Source: Candidatus Aenigmatarchaeota archaeon (lineage in GTDB: Archaea > Aenigmatarchaeota > Aenigmatarchaeia > CG10238-14). Taken from it: a DNA stretch of 64,000 bases. A program made the position numbers and the translations under genes. Shown here piece after piece: positions 1 through 8,953 of this stretch; the first letter of the stretch is position 1, and the number at the start of each line of letters is the position of its first letter. The notes under the pieces are model-generated. The model saw only the letters and a list, made by a program, of their open reading frames with translations, made no database searches and was not told the origin of the DNA. Location of the stretch: assembly GCA_026414305.1 (NCBI GenBank), contig JAOAJH010000003.1:64994-128993 (forward strand), in the 5' to 3' direction.

Positions 1-65
1 TAATCATAGAGAATATGCTTCTTGCTACTGATTTCGACATATGTTACTATCTAATAGTAAATAAT

Positions 66-644
66 TTAAACTTTTCTAAAGAGCATGTAAATCGTTGAAG
101 ATGCTATCAGAGCTATCATTATAAAAATGCTAAACTCGCTTAAGCTAAAGTATTCCTCAGAAGAAACGTTAACAGTTATCTGCTTTGTTGTATGCCTGTT
201 TGTGACTGTAAATGTGATTGGTATTGGTGATGTTGTTTGTGACAAAAGCACAATTTTTGGTTGCAAATATCCTGTCAATTTTGGTCCTATTGAAGTTGAA
301 TGAGACGGTAAGCTTACTATAACATTGCTAGAGCTTGTTTGATAGCTTGTTATTGTATATTCAAAAGTATATCCACCCAAATTTCTTACATATATGTTGA
401 TTGGTTTTTCCATGCCTATAGTAGCTTTATGATCCCCTGACCAGAGTTCAAAATCTTCGCAATCTTGATACCAAAAACCTCCACAACATTCACCACTCGC
501 AAAACATCTCTGCTGGTTTGTCTGATAATCTCTGCAGCAAACATAAGCATTAGCAGTGTTTAATGCAAATACCAGAATCAAAACAGCCAAAACAATTCTT
601 TTGAACATAATAAATTTTATTTGAATTTTCATATTAAAAAACAA
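66..644 (-). CDS. Small Cys-rich surface protein with N-terminal signal/anchor and C-terminal hydrophobic tail (hypothetical)
   Basis: 192-aa ORF. Hydrophobic N-terminus (IVLAVLILVFALNTANA), then a CC..C..CC..C cluster (YVCCRDYQTNQQRCFASGECCGG), an S/T-rich middle and a C-terminal hydrophobic stretch (FSIFIMIALIASSTIYMLF). No family recognised. Confidence 0.4.
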   Translation of the reverse strand: MFFNMKIQIKFIMFKRIVLAVLILVFALNTANAYVCCRDYQTNQQRCFASGECCGGFWYQDCEDFELWSGDHKATIGMEKPINIYVRNLGGYTFEYTITSYQTSSSNVIVSLPSHSTSIGPKLTGYLQPKIVLLSQTTSPIPITFTVTNRHTTKQITVNVSSEEYFSLSEFSIFIMIALIASSTIYMLFRKV

Positions 645-650
645 TGTTGG

Positions 651-962
651 TTATACAAAAACCCAAATAATGCTGTATAATCCTTTAAGAGCCATCAAAA
701 TTCCTATGTAAAAAGCCACTTTTAAGAAAAAAACACCGACTAGAGGCAATGAAACTAGTAATATAATAAAAGCGGCCAAAACGTCAACTAAACCCATCCA
801 ATCAAAATAATATCCTGCTGCAAAGCTGCCCATCAATGAAGTTATGCCTTTGATTGAATGGATCCATAAAAAAGTGATAACTAAAGGGTGTGTCATCCCC
901 TTTATAAGAAAATATGCGCTAAATAGGTCTGACAAAGCCAATATAAAAAGCAGGTAGCGCAT
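651..962 (-). CDS. Small integral membrane protein (hypothetical)
   Basis: 103-aa ORF, almost entirely hydrophobic helices. Sits 6 nt upstream of the 66..644 gene on the same strand. Confidence 0.35.
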   Translation of the reverse strand: MRYLLFILALSDLFSAYFLIKGMTHPLVITFLWIHSIKGITSLMGSFAAGYYFDWMGLVDVLAAFIILLVSLPLVGVFFLKVAFYIGILMALKGLYSIIWVFV

Positions 963-1007
963 AAAACAAAATTGTAAATTAAATTTTTAAACTGAATAAT
1001 TCATTTT

Positions 1008-1466
1008 ATGAACATGGGAGAATGCATATTTTGCAGAATTGTAAAAGGATATGAAGAAAGTGCGAAAATTTGGGAAGACGATGATTTTTTAGCGATTTTG
1101 GATGTTATGCCAAACACAAAAGGCATGACATTGCTTATAACAAAAAAACATTATGATTCTTATGTTTTTGATATGGATGATGAATTTTACAAAAAATATA
1201 TGGCTGCTGCTAAAAAAGTTGCAAAAATTCTTGAAAAAGGATTGAAAGTAAAAAGAGTTGCAATGGTCATTGAAGGCATGGGGATAAATCATTCTCATAT
1301 AAAACTTTACCCATTGCATGGTTTGAAGGAAAAGTTCACAGAAATGTGGACAAAAGAAAAGGTATGGTTTGACAAATATCCTGGATATATAACAACGCAC
1401 ACTGGGCATAGAGTTGAAGTTAAAAAATTGAAGAAGCTGGCAGAAAAAATAAAAAACAAAAAATAG
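1008..1466 (+). CDS. HIT-family (histidine triad-like) nucleotide hydrolase/transferase, atypical motif
   Basis: N-terminal CIFCRI..., as in HIT proteins. Motif NHSHIKLYP is H-x-H-x-K rather than the canonical HxHxHxx. 152 aa. Confidence 0.65.
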   Translation: MNMGECIFCRIVKGYEESAKIWEDDDFLAILDVMPNTKGMTLLITKKHYDSYVFDMDDEFYKKYMAAAKKVAKILEKGLKVKRVAMVIEGMGINHSHIKLYPLHGLKEKFTEMWTKEKVWFDKYPGYITTHTGHRVEVKKLKKLAEKIKNKK

Positions 1467-1467
1467 A

Positions 1468-2037
1468 TTATATGAAATTTCCTATAGACAAAATCGCAAA
1501 TATACCCAAACTATGCAAAATAAACGCAATTATCAAAAACTTCTGTGTGTTTATGTTTTTTGAGCTTGCCAAAAGGGATACACCTATCTCTGTAGGCAAA
1601 GGTGATGCTATTAAAAAACCGGCAATGACAGGAATAACATAATTTGACTTTTTTCCGAAAAGCCTTTTTCCGTTTTCAATTATAGTTTTGATCATTTTCT
1701 CATTCTTTATATTGTCAATTTCGTCCATAAATGAGTGTCTTACAAAACGGAATATAAGATAATCACTTATTACTGCACCAAGACCGCCAACTAAGGTTGC
1801 TAAAACCAATATTTGCTCTTTTGAAAGTACTAGCAATACAGCTGTAGCTGGGGCTGAAGTAAAACCATATGCATAAAAGAAACCGCCTATAAAAGTTCCT
1901 ATATAACCTAAAGACACTATAAAGTCATGGAAGGGATCGTAGTTTTTGCCTTCATAAAATATTATTACTGCAACTATTATGGTAAATATCAATACTGTGA
2001 GTTTAGGGTATTTTATTTTATTAGTTTCTTTAGCCAT
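1468..2037 (-). CDS. DedA/TVP38-like membrane protein (tentative)
   Basis: 189 aa with several TM helices and a Gly-rich core (GYIGTFIGGFFYAYGFTSAPA) resembling the SNARE-associated/DedA family. Call by pattern only. Confidence 0.4.
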   Translation of the reverse strand: MAKETNKIKYPKLTVLIFTIIVAVIIFYEGKNYDPFHDFIVSLGYIGTFIGGFFYAYGFTSAPATAVLLVLSKEQILVLATLVGGLGAVISDYLIFRFVRHSFMDEIDNIKNEKMIKTIIENGKRLFGKKSNYVIPVIAGFLIASPLPTEIGVSLLASSKNINTQKFLIIAFILHSLGIFAILSIGNFI

Positions 2038-2158
2038 ATCTATGAGTAACTTTGCAATTTTATATAATTTTCCACGTAAAAATAAGAAAATTTATTGCTT
2101 ATTAAATTCGACTCATTTTTATCATTATAATGAAAAAATTAAATTTTTTATTAAAACA

Positions 2159-2233
2159 TGCTCCGACTGGGATTTGAACCCAGAATCTTTGCCTTAGGAG
2201 GGCACTGCTCTATCCAAGTTGAGCTATCGGAGC
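2159..2233 (-). tRNA. tRNA-Arg (anticodon CCU)
   Basis: Reverse complement folds as a cloverleaf. Acceptor GCUCCGA/UCGGAGC, D-arm GCUC-AACUUGGAUA-GAGC, anticodon loop CUCCUAA (U33, A37, anticodon CCU), T-arm CUGGG-UUCAAAU-CCCAG. One G-A mismatch at the top of the anticodon stem. No encoded CCA. Confidence 0.75.
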
Positions 2234-2285
2234 TTATAATTTTATAAGGGAAAACAAAATTAATGTTTTTATGTTTTTGAAAAAA

Positions 2286-2951
2286 TTATTCTATTGTTTT
2301 CAAAAACATTTCAGCCATTTCTGCAATATTTTCATCAGATTTTATACCAGTCCATGGATCTTCTTTTGAAACAATATTGACTACAACAATATTTGAGCCA
2401 TTAAATATAGCACTTCTAGCTTCTTTCAAATCAACACCGCCTGCAGCTGATATTAAAACGTTATATTTGCTTTTTATTTTGTTTATATGCTTGTATTTTA
2501 TGACCTTGCCTCTTGTTCCCTCTTCATCCCTGCCTTTGTGAAGAATTACAACATTTGGAGGCTTTTTCAGTTTTAATAAAATTTTTATTGGCTCATCAAC
2601 TCCGATCATGTCAATCATTGAAACCATTCCAAGTTCACTACATTTATGAATAAATAAATTGACTGTTTCAATTGGAGCACTTCCCAAAACTGTTGCAGCA
2701 GCTGCCCCGGCTTTATACGCAAGCTCAACCTCCCTTAAAGCACCATCCATTACTTTCAAGTCTGCAACTACCTTGCCGCCCCATAAATTGGAAATAAGTT
2801 GTATTCCATAAAATCCTTCTTTTTTGATAAATGGTGTGCCTGCTTCTATGAGAATTCTCTCGTTTTTTGGAATTTTTGGAAGAATTCTTATAACCTCATT
2901 CAAATCATTATTAAAAGCTATCTGTAAATATCTTTTTTTCTGCTCTAGCAT
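2286..2951 (-). CDS. 3-hexulose-6-phosphate synthase-like protein (OMP decarboxylase suprafamily, RuMP pathway)
   Basis: 221 aa. LQIAFNND...ILIEAGTPFIKKEG and ADLKVMDG match the HPS/KGPDC signature (VDIIEVGTPLIK, ADLKTMD). Archaea use HPS-PHI for pentose synthesis. Confidence 0.55.
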   Translation of the reverse strand: MLEQKKRYLQIAFNNDLNEVIRILPKIPKNERILIEAGTPFIKKEGFYGIQLISNLWGGKVVADLKVMDGALREVELAYKAGAAAATVLGSAPIETVNLFIHKCSELGMVSMIDMIGVDEPIKILLKLKKPPNVVILHKGRDEEGTRGKVIKYKHINKIKSKYNVLISAAGGVDLKEARSAIFNGSNIVVVNIVSKEDPWTGIKSDENIAEMAEMFLKTIE

Positions 2952-2962
2952 CTGAGCATCTC

Positions 2963-3706
2963 CTATTTTTTAACTATTTTTTTGACAAGTCTTTCAGTGT
3001 CAGAAGGCAAAAACAATACAATTTTTTCAGAAGGATCTGCGGCTATATCTCTTATTGTTTGCAATGTTCTCAGTTGAACTGCTGCAGGACTCTTTGAAAG
3101 ATTATCTGCTGCTTTTCTTAGATTCTCAGAAGCTTTTAGTTCACCTTCTGCAGCAATTATAATAGCTCTTCTTTCTCTCTCTGCTTCTGCTTGCTTTGCC
3201 ATAGCCCTTTTCATTTCTGCTGGCAGTTCTATTTCCTGAATTTTTATTGACTCTATGTTAACACCCCAACCAGATGTTTCAGCATCAACAATTTTTCTTA
3301 TGCTACTTGCAATTTTTTCTCTTTCTGTTAAAACAAAATCCAATTCAGAGTTACCAACAACGTCTCTTAATGCAGCTTGTGTGTACTGCTTCACAGCAAA
3401 CTCAAAATCTTCAATTTTTATTATTGCGTCAGCTGGTTTTTCAACTCTGAAATAAACGACAGTATTAGCCAAAATAGGTATATTATCTTTTGTTATAACT
3501 TCTTGTCTTGGTATGTCAGCAGTTTTGATTCTTATATCAACTCTTGTCATTGTCTGAATTATTGGTATAATCCATGTTAAACCAGGCTCTTTAACAGTAC
3601 TAAATTTTCCAAGTGTAAAAACTACGCCTCGTTCATATTGATATAGAACTCTAATACCAGACAAAAATAAAATTACGAAAAATGTTGTTAAAAATACGAA
3701 AATCAT
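2963..3706 (-). CDS. SPFH/band-7 (stomatin/prohibitin-like) membrane protein
   Basis: 247 aa. N-terminal TM, then a typical SPFH core (RVLYQYERGVVFTLGKF...), then a C-terminal coiled-coil with AEAERERRA. Confidence 0.8.
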   Translation of the reverse strand: MIFVFLTTFFVILFLSGIRVLYQYERGVVFTLGKFSTVKEPGLTWIIPIIQTMTRVDIRIKTADIPRQEVITKDNIPILANTVVYFRVEKPADAIIKIEDFEFAVKQYTQAALRDVVGNSELDFVLTEREKIASSIRKIVDAETSGWGVNIESIKIQEIELPAEMKRAMAKQAEAERERRAIIIAAEGELKASENLRKAADNLSKSPAAVQLRTLQTIRDIAADPSEKIVLFLPSDTERLVKKIVKK

Positions 3707-3804
3707 TTTTATACCTAAATATAATTTTTATTTTCGATATTTAAATCTAACCTTAACCATTCAAAATATTCTATAATTTTATAATAACAAAAACAAAATT
3801 AATA

Positions 3805-5139
3805 GTGATGAGTATGAAAGATAAAGATTTGAAATTTATGGCAAAACACTTTGTAGTAAATTCAATGGGTATAGGCACAAAGGAAAATCCAGGAATAAAA
3901 AAAGCAATGAAATTATATCCAAGTTTTGTTAAGAAAATTATAAAATTAAAATCATTTTCTGCAAAAAAATTGAATGACAAAGAGAAAAAGATTGTTGAAA
4001 AATTAAAAGATCCTGATTTTGGGCCACTAGTAGTTGAATGGAAAGGAAAATACTTTGTCAAAAAAAGAATTGGCCACACAGTTAGATTGCTTTACTCAAA
4101 CACTGATAAGGAATGTGTGAAATTTGTTGAATATGTGAAAGAAGAATGCTGGAAAAGAGGTGCACATGTTGCTGATATACCAACAAACACATTTGATTCG
4201 AGAAAGCATTTGCAAATGATACCGTTTGACACAGCTGCAGAATTACCAGAATCCTCAAAAGCCATGGCAAAGGCATATGATTTTAGGATTTTCATAGGCG
4301 GCGATGAAGATATAAATTGGACTGCTGGTTTGGAGGATAAACTGAAAATAGGTGCTCCTGCTACAATGAAAATAAGAGAAATACTTGACAAAAACAAAGT
4401 CAACTGGTGTTTGTTTGGATGGCCTGTTATGAGAAAGAGAAGCCAGCTTTACGTATCTCCACAAAAATACAAAAAAGTTTTCTTTGATTCAATAAAAGAG
4501 ACGTTTACGCCAAGAGTGAAAAGAATATGCAATTATTACAAAAAAGCTTTGGAAGGTGTTGAAAATATAAGAGTAACAGCAAAAGATGGTACTGACTTTT
4601 CGCTTAGCATTAAAGGAAGGAAAATAAAAGTAGCTGATGGTATAATGTCTGAAGATGATATAAGAAATGGCGATAATGGATTGAACATACCTGATGGCGA
4701 AGTATATTATGCCCCTGTTGAAACATCAGGAAATGGATACATAAAATTCGATTACACGACAATACATGGATATGGGTTTATAAAAAATCTAGAGCTTAAA
4801 TTTGAAAAAGGAAAAGTAGTTTGGTTTAATGCCCCTGGCAATGAAAAGAAAATATTTCAGAAATTTTTGGACAGCAACACAGGTGATAAAGATAGGCTAG
4901 CAGAGTTTGCAATAGGCACAAATCCAAAAGCACAATTTGTTGGCGAGACAATAGTTGATGAAAAAATATTTGGTACAATCCATGTAGCTATAGGAAACAA
5001 CAGAGGCCCAGGGTTTGGCGGAAAGAACAAAGCATCATGTCATCAGGATATGATAAAGATAATGAAAGGCAGACAAGGCAATGTTTATGCAGATGGGAAA
5101 TTGATAATGAAAAATGGAATGCCTGTTGGTCTAAAATGA
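3805..5139 (+). CDS. M29-family (AmpS/aminopeptidase T-like) aminopeptidase, long form
   Basis: 444 aa. C-terminal EFAIGTNPKAQFVGETIVDEKIFGTIHVAIGNN...CHQD is shared with the paralog at 56634..57608 and resembles thermophilic metalloprotease M29. Confidence 0.5.
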   Translation: MMSMKDKDLKFMAKHFVVNSMGIGTKENPGIKKAMKLYPSFVKKIIKLKSFSAKKLNDKEKKIVEKLKDPDFGPLVVEWKGKYFVKKRIGHTVRLLYSNTDKECVKFVEYVKEECWKRGAHVADIPTNTFDSRKHLQMIPFDTAAELPESSKAMAKAYDFRIFIGGDEDINWTAGLEDKLKIGAPATMKIREILDKNKVNWCLFGWPVMRKRSQLYVSPQKYKKVFFDSIKETFTPRVKRICNYYKKALEGVENIRVTAKDGTDFSLSIKGRKIKVADGIMSEDDIRNGDNGLNIPDGEVYYAPVETSGNGYIKFDYTTIHGYGFIKNLELKFEKGKVVWFNAPGNEKKIFQKFLDSNTGDKDRLAEFAIGTNPKAQFVGETIVDEKIFGTIHVAIGNNRGPGFGGKNKASCHQDMIKIMKGRQGNVYADGKLIMKNGMPVGLK

Positions 5140-6188
5140 ACATTGATGTTCTTTATAAAAAATTGAAACAAAGCAAGTTAGATGCAGCCATATTTTTTAG
5201 CTCTGAGAACAGCAAAGATGTAAATTTTGATTATTTTTCAGATTTTAAAAACCCGACTTTTTCATTTTTGGTTGTTTGCAAAAAAAGTTTCATTGCAGCT
5301 AGCTCTATAGATTATGAAAGAGCATTGGAGGAAAGTAGTTTAGACGTCATCAAATTAAAGGATTACAAATATAATTTGAAAAAAATAATCAAAGAAAAAA
5401 CAAAAGCAAAGAAAATAGGTATATTGTTTTCATCCATTCCATATTCAATTGCAAAATCATTGCGTGGATATAAGCTTGTAAGCATATCAGAGCAAGTTCA
5501 ATCAATCAGGGCTATAAAGAGCAAGAAGGAAATAAGCTACATTAAAAGAGCGTGTGAAATTGCAAATAAATGCATAAAGCATATAGAAAAAGAGTTCTCA
5601 AATTTTACAAATGAGAAAGAAATATTTTTTGAAATAAAAAATGTTATTGAAAAGAAAAAAGGTGATGGGTTTTCATTTGATCCAATTATAGCTAGTGGAA
5701 ACAGATCTGCTATTATTCATCCTTATCCTTCTTTTAGCAATAAAAAAATATCAAAAGGTTTGGGGTTGATTGATTTTGGTGTCAAATATAAAGGATATTG
5801 CTCTGATGTTACTTTGCCTTTTTCTGTTGGCAGCTTGAATAAAAAGCAGAAAGTAATAGTTGAAGCTGTTTTAGATGCATATGGCACTTGTAAAGATATG
5901 TTGAAAGACGGTCAATCAGTCAGCGAGGTTTTCAAAGTTGCTGAAAAGACGATAAATAAGCATGGATTTGAATTTAAGCATGCTGCAGGACATGGTATAG
6001 GATTGGAAGTGCATGATCCGCCTTCTTTGTCTATAGCAATGAAATCCGAAAGATTGAAAAAATATATGACTGTCACACTTGAACCAGGAGTTTATGAAAC
6101 TGATATAGGTGGATGTAGGTTGGAGAATGATTTTCTTATAAGTAAAAAACCTGTTGTTTTAACAAAATCAGAATTTAAGGAATTCTAA
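5136..6188 (+). CDS. M24-family Xaa-Pro aminopeptidase/prolidase
   Basis: Creatinase-like N-domain plus the pita-bread catalytic domain (ASGNRSAIIHPYP, HGIGLEVHDPP). The ORF track starts at 5037 inside the previous gene. The likely true start is the ATG at 5136, overlapping the upstream TGA stop (ATGA junction). Confidence 0.7.
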   Translation: MNIDVLYKKLKQSKLDAAIFFSSENSKDVNFDYFSDFKNPTFSFLVVCKKSFIAASSIDYERALEESSLDVIKLKDYKYNLKKIIKEKTKAKKIGILFSSIPYSIAKSLRGYKLVSISEQVQSIRAIKSKKEISYIKRACEIANKCIKHIEKEFSNFTNEKEIFFEIKNVIEKKKGDGFSFDPIIASGNRSAIIHPYPSFSNKKISKGLGLIDFGVKYKGYCSDVTLPFSVGSLNKKQKVIVEAVLDAYGTCKDMLKDGQSVSEVFKVAEKTINKHGFEFKHAAGHGIGLEVHDPPSLSIAMKSERLKKYMTVTLEPGVYETDIGGCRLENDFLISKKPVVLTKSEFKEF

Positions 6189-6235
6189 CAAGAATAACTC
6201 TAATTTATTTAAAGTAGGAAACGAATAAAATTATT

Positions 6236-6919
6236 ATGTTTGGCTTGTTTAAAAAGAAAAAAGAGGATTTAGATTATACATTACCTCCTTTGGAAAGTCA
6301 GGCAGCTCAAGTAAATCAAAAAAATGAGATTGAAGAGCAATTACCACAAATTGAGGATTTTCCAAAAGATGAAGAGTTACCAAAAACTGAAGAAAAAGTC
6401 GAAATTTCAAAGCCAGAGATTTCTAGCATTGAAAGCGAGTTAGCATCATTAGAAACGTTAATGCCAAAATCAGAATCAGAGCCAAGTAAAAACATGACTT
6501 TGGAAAACCTTTGTATAAAAATAGATCTTGAAGCAGAAGACATAGAAAGAAGGATAAAAGAAATAAAGACAATTGTCTCAAAGATAAGCCTCAGTAGCTC
6601 TGAAATATTTGATTTGCTTGATCTATACTCAAAAGCAAAGACAAAGCTAAAGGAATTTACACAAGAAATAGACAGGTTTGACAGCATCGGGTGGGGTGTT
6701 GATGAAGAAACAGCAGCATTTTACAAGTTCAAAGCATGCAAGAGTTTGGCTAAAATAAGAAAAGAAATGATTGATATAGAAGAATTGATAAAAGAATCAG
6801 GTTTTACACCCGCTAAAATAGAAGAGATATTGCACACTCCAGCAGAAAAGCTAGTTGATCAGATGGCCAAAGTAAAGCCAGTAGAGCATAAGTTAAAAAA
6901 GGTTAAAAAAAAGAGATAA
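6236..6919 (+). CDS. Acidic, E/K/S-rich hypothetical protein
   Basis: 227 aa. Low-complexity acidic N-half, helical C-half. No family recognised. Confidence 0.4.
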   Translation: MFGLFKKKKEDLDYTLPPLESQAAQVNQKNEIEEQLPQIEDFPKDEELPKTEEKVEISKPEISSIESELASLETLMPKSESEPSKNMTLENLCIKIDLEAEDIERRIKEIKTIVSKISLSSSEIFDLLDLYSKAKTKLKEFTQEIDRFDSIGWGVDEETAAFYKFKACKSLAKIRKEMIDIEELIKESGFTPAKIEEILHTPAEKLVDQMAKVKPVEHKLKKVKKKR

Positions 6920-6931
6920 TTTTGAGGGATT

Positions 6932-7537
6932 ATGAGCGAGGATATATTGATAAATAAAGCTATACGTATCCTTAGTTCAGGCGGTGTAATAATCTATCCA
7001 ACAGAAACTGTTTATGGTTTGGGTGCGGACGCTACAAATAAAATGGCTGTAAAGAAGATTTTTGACATAAAAAGAAGGGACAAACTCAAACCCATTTTAA
7101 TAGCTTTTTCTAGTGTAGAAATGGCAAAGAAATATGTTTGGTGGAACAAGTATGCTGACAAGCTTGCTAGCAGATATTTACCAGGGCCGCTTTCACTTGT
7201 GCTAAGCATAAAGGATGACAGCATTGATGAAAGCATATATCAAGGTGGTATTAAAGTGGGTATAAGAATACCTAAAAATGATTTTGTACTAAAGCTAATA
7301 TCAAGTTTTAACAGGCCGATAACTTCTACTTCTGCAAATTTGTCAGGGGAAAACCCTCCTATAAAAGTTGAAGATATTGATGATGAAGTGAAAGGCAAAG
7401 TTGACTTGATTATAGACAAGGGAAAATGTGATGTTGGTAAGCCATCAACAATAGTTGATGTTTCTTCATATCCACCAAAACTTATAAGAGAAGGTGTAAT
7501 AAAGTTTCAGGAAATAATGGATGTTATAAACAGCTAA
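6932..7537 (+). CDS. tsaC: L-threonylcarbamoyladenylate synthase TsaC/YrdC/Sua5 (t6A biosynthesis)
   Basis: Classic YrdC signature IIYPTETVYGLGADATN and overall YrdC-domain pattern. 201 aa. Confidence 0.85.
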   Translation: MSEDILINKAIRILSSGGVIIYPTETVYGLGADATNKMAVKKIFDIKRRDKLKPILIAFSSVEMAKKYVWWNKYADKLASRYLPGPLSLVLSIKDDSIDESIYQGGIKVGIRIPKNDFVLKLISSFNRPITSTSANLSGENPPIKVEDIDDEVKGKVDLIIDKGKCDVGKPSTIVDVSSYPPKLIREGVIKFQEIMDVINS

Positions 7538-7986
7538 TCGCAAAAATCATCTACTATAGCATTGTTCAATTTTATCACATCATCGACTTTTAGCTCTATT
7601 ATAAGCTTTTTGCTGCCGCCTCCCCCAAACATTGTTTCATGCTTTAAAAAGTCTTTATCCAAGCCTACTGCCTTTATGTTAAAGTATGATAATGGTGGCG
7701 TCTCTCCAGGGTCATACCCTGAATAATTTTTAGCTTTTTCTGGTAATGCAAGATGGACCTTTTTCAGATTAAATGCCTTTTTCACCTTACTAAAATTCAG
7801 TTTTTTATTACCTGGAATTATAACAACATAAGCATTGTTTTTATTATCCAGAATGACAAGTGATTTTGAAACTTTTTCAGGATTTAAGTTTACAGATAAA
7901 GCAGACTCTAATGTATGGCCTGTCTCGATGGGTTTTTCTATAAACCTATACCAAATCCCTTTGCTTTTCAAATATTCACTTAACAT
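7534..7986 (-). CDS. YbaK/ProX-family aminoacyl-tRNA deacylase (trans-editing domain)
   Basis: Shares the YbaK fold pattern with the paralog at 56176..56646 (..K.L...P...V......). Track ORF 7534..8037 extends over tRNA-Pro. The internal ATG at 7984..7986 (MLSEYLKSKG...) is the plausible start, 10 nt downstream of the tRNA 3' end. Confidence 0.55.
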   Translation of the reverse strand: MLSEYLKSKGIWYRFIEKPIETGHTLESALSVNLNPEKVSKSLVILDNKNNAYVVIIPGNKKLNFSKVKKAFNLKKVHLALPEKAKNYSGYDPGETPPLSYFNIKAVGLDKDFLKHETMFGGGGSKKLIIELKVDDVIKLNNAIVDDFCD

Positions 7987-7996
7987 GCAACCACCA

Positions 7997-8071
7997 TGGG
8001 GCAGCCGAGATTTGAACTCGGGTCGCCAGCACCCCAAGCTGGAATACTAGACCAAGCTATACTACTGCCCC
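7997..8071 (-). tRNA. tRNA-Pro (anticodon GGG)
   Basis: Reverse complement: acceptor GGGGCAG/CUGCCCC, D-arm with two G-U pairs, anticodon stem CCAGC/GCUGG with loop UUGGGGU (anticodon GGG, G37), T-arm CCGAG-UUCAAAU-CUCGG, discriminator A. Confidence 0.85.
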
Positions 8072-8500
8072 TTTTTCTCTTAAAAAGCATTCTATATCAT
8101 CTTTTATGCCTTTGTGTTTGACAAAATCTAATGCTTTTTCAGGCTCTATCCATATAAATTCGCTGTGCTCATGAGAAAGAAAAACTTTTCTGGAATTTGT
8201 TTCACACCAATAAATTATTCCTACTAACTCATTTTCAGCATTTTTGCTTCCACGAAACATGTGAAACACTTTGAGTGGTTTTATAATTTTTGCATTTAAT
8301 CCTGTTTCTTCTTTTATTTCTCTTTTTAAAGCACTTTCAGGGTCTTCAAATTGCTTTACCCTGCCTGTTATATTTTCCCAGACATCGGGCTCAAAGTCAG
8401 CATTAGAACTTCTCTTTATTAAAAGTATTTTTCCTGTATTTTTGTTCTCTATTACAGCACCAACAGCAAGGTTGAATTTGCCTTCATTAGTATTTACCAT
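8057..8500 (-). CDS. NUDIX hydrolase
   Basis: Nudix box GRVKQFEDPESALKREIKEETGL (GX5EX7REUXEEXGU). 147 aa. The last 15 nt, including the TAG stop, overlap the 5' end of tRNA-Pro. Confidence 0.85.
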   Translation of the reverse strand: MVNTNEGKFNLAVGAVIENKNTGKILLIKRSSNADFEPDVWENITGRVKQFEDPESALKREIKEETGLNAKIIKPLKVFHMFRGSKNAENELVGIIYWCETNSRKVFLSHEHSEFIWIEPEKALDFVKHKGIKDDIECFLREKGAVV

Positions 8501-8513
8501 AAAACCCCTCTAA

Positions 8514-8597
8514 CGCTGGAGGCGTGATTTGAACACGCAAGGGCTTGCGCCCGCAGGCTTTCCAGGCCTGTGCCATACCAGATTAGGCGACTCCAGC
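8514..8597 (-). tRNA. tRNA-Ser (anticodon GGA), type II with long variable arm
   Basis: Reverse complement: acceptor GCUGGAG/CUCCAGC, anticodon stem CAGGC/GCCUG, loop CUGGAAA (anticodon GGA), ~15-nt variable arm with GGGC/GCCC stem, T-arm GCGUG-UUCAAAU-CACGC, discriminator G. Confidence 0.85.
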
Positions 8598-8644
8598 TTT
8601 GAAATAATATATCCTTTAATAATTGATTTAATTTTTATAAAAAT

Positions 8645-8953
8645 ATGGAAAGACTAAAGCCTTTTGTTTATAGTTCATTAGCTATAGCAGCTGATGGAAT
8701 AACAACATTCTATGGTATATCAAAAGGCATAGAAGAAGTATGGCCTTTGACAAAAATTGGGTTAGAATTTTATGGTGATATTTACCTTTTTTATAGAACT
8801 ATTATCGGTATAGCTATAACAGCAGCTTTAGGCGCCGCCCTTTTGTCATATGATGTAAAAAATCAGAAATATTCCCATAGGCTTTTTTTATATTCTGTGG
8901 GTTTGATAGAGGCAATTGCTGCATTAAACAATGCTATTCTTTTAGCTAAATAG
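8645..8953 (+). CDS. Small membrane protein (hypothetical)
   Basis: 102 aa with two or three hydrophobic helices. Divergent from tRNA-Ser across a palindromic TATA-like element (tttttataaaaat). Confidence 0.35.
   Translation: MERLKPFVYSSLAIAADGITTFYGISKGIEEVWPLTKIGLEFYGDIYLFYRTIIGIAITAALGAALLSYDVKNQKYSHRLFLYSVGLIEAIAALNNAILLAK

Noticed and set aside
1089-1409. 106-aa minus-strand ORF inside the HIT gene.
   Set aside because: Antisense to a gene with clear HIT motifs. F/I/K-rich artefact.
3255-3580. Two short plus-strand ORFs inside the SPFH gene.
   Set aside because: Antisense artefacts; the SPFH reading frame is clearly the real one.
4082-4464. Three short minus-strand ORFs inside the M29 gene.
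   Set aside because: Antisense artefacts.
5037-5135. N-terminal 33 codons of the track ORF 5037..6188 (MSSGYDKDNERQTRQCLCRWEIDNEKWNACWSK).
   Set aside because: They overlap the 3' end of the M29 gene in another frame and look non-protein-like. ATG 5136 forms an ATGA junction and begins a normal M24 N-terminus.
7987-8037. N-terminal extension MGCWRPEFKSRLPHGGC of the track ORF 7534..8037.
   Set aside because: It lies over tRNA-Pro (7997..8071) and is the tRNA sequence read in frame. The internal Met at 7984..7986 is the likely start.
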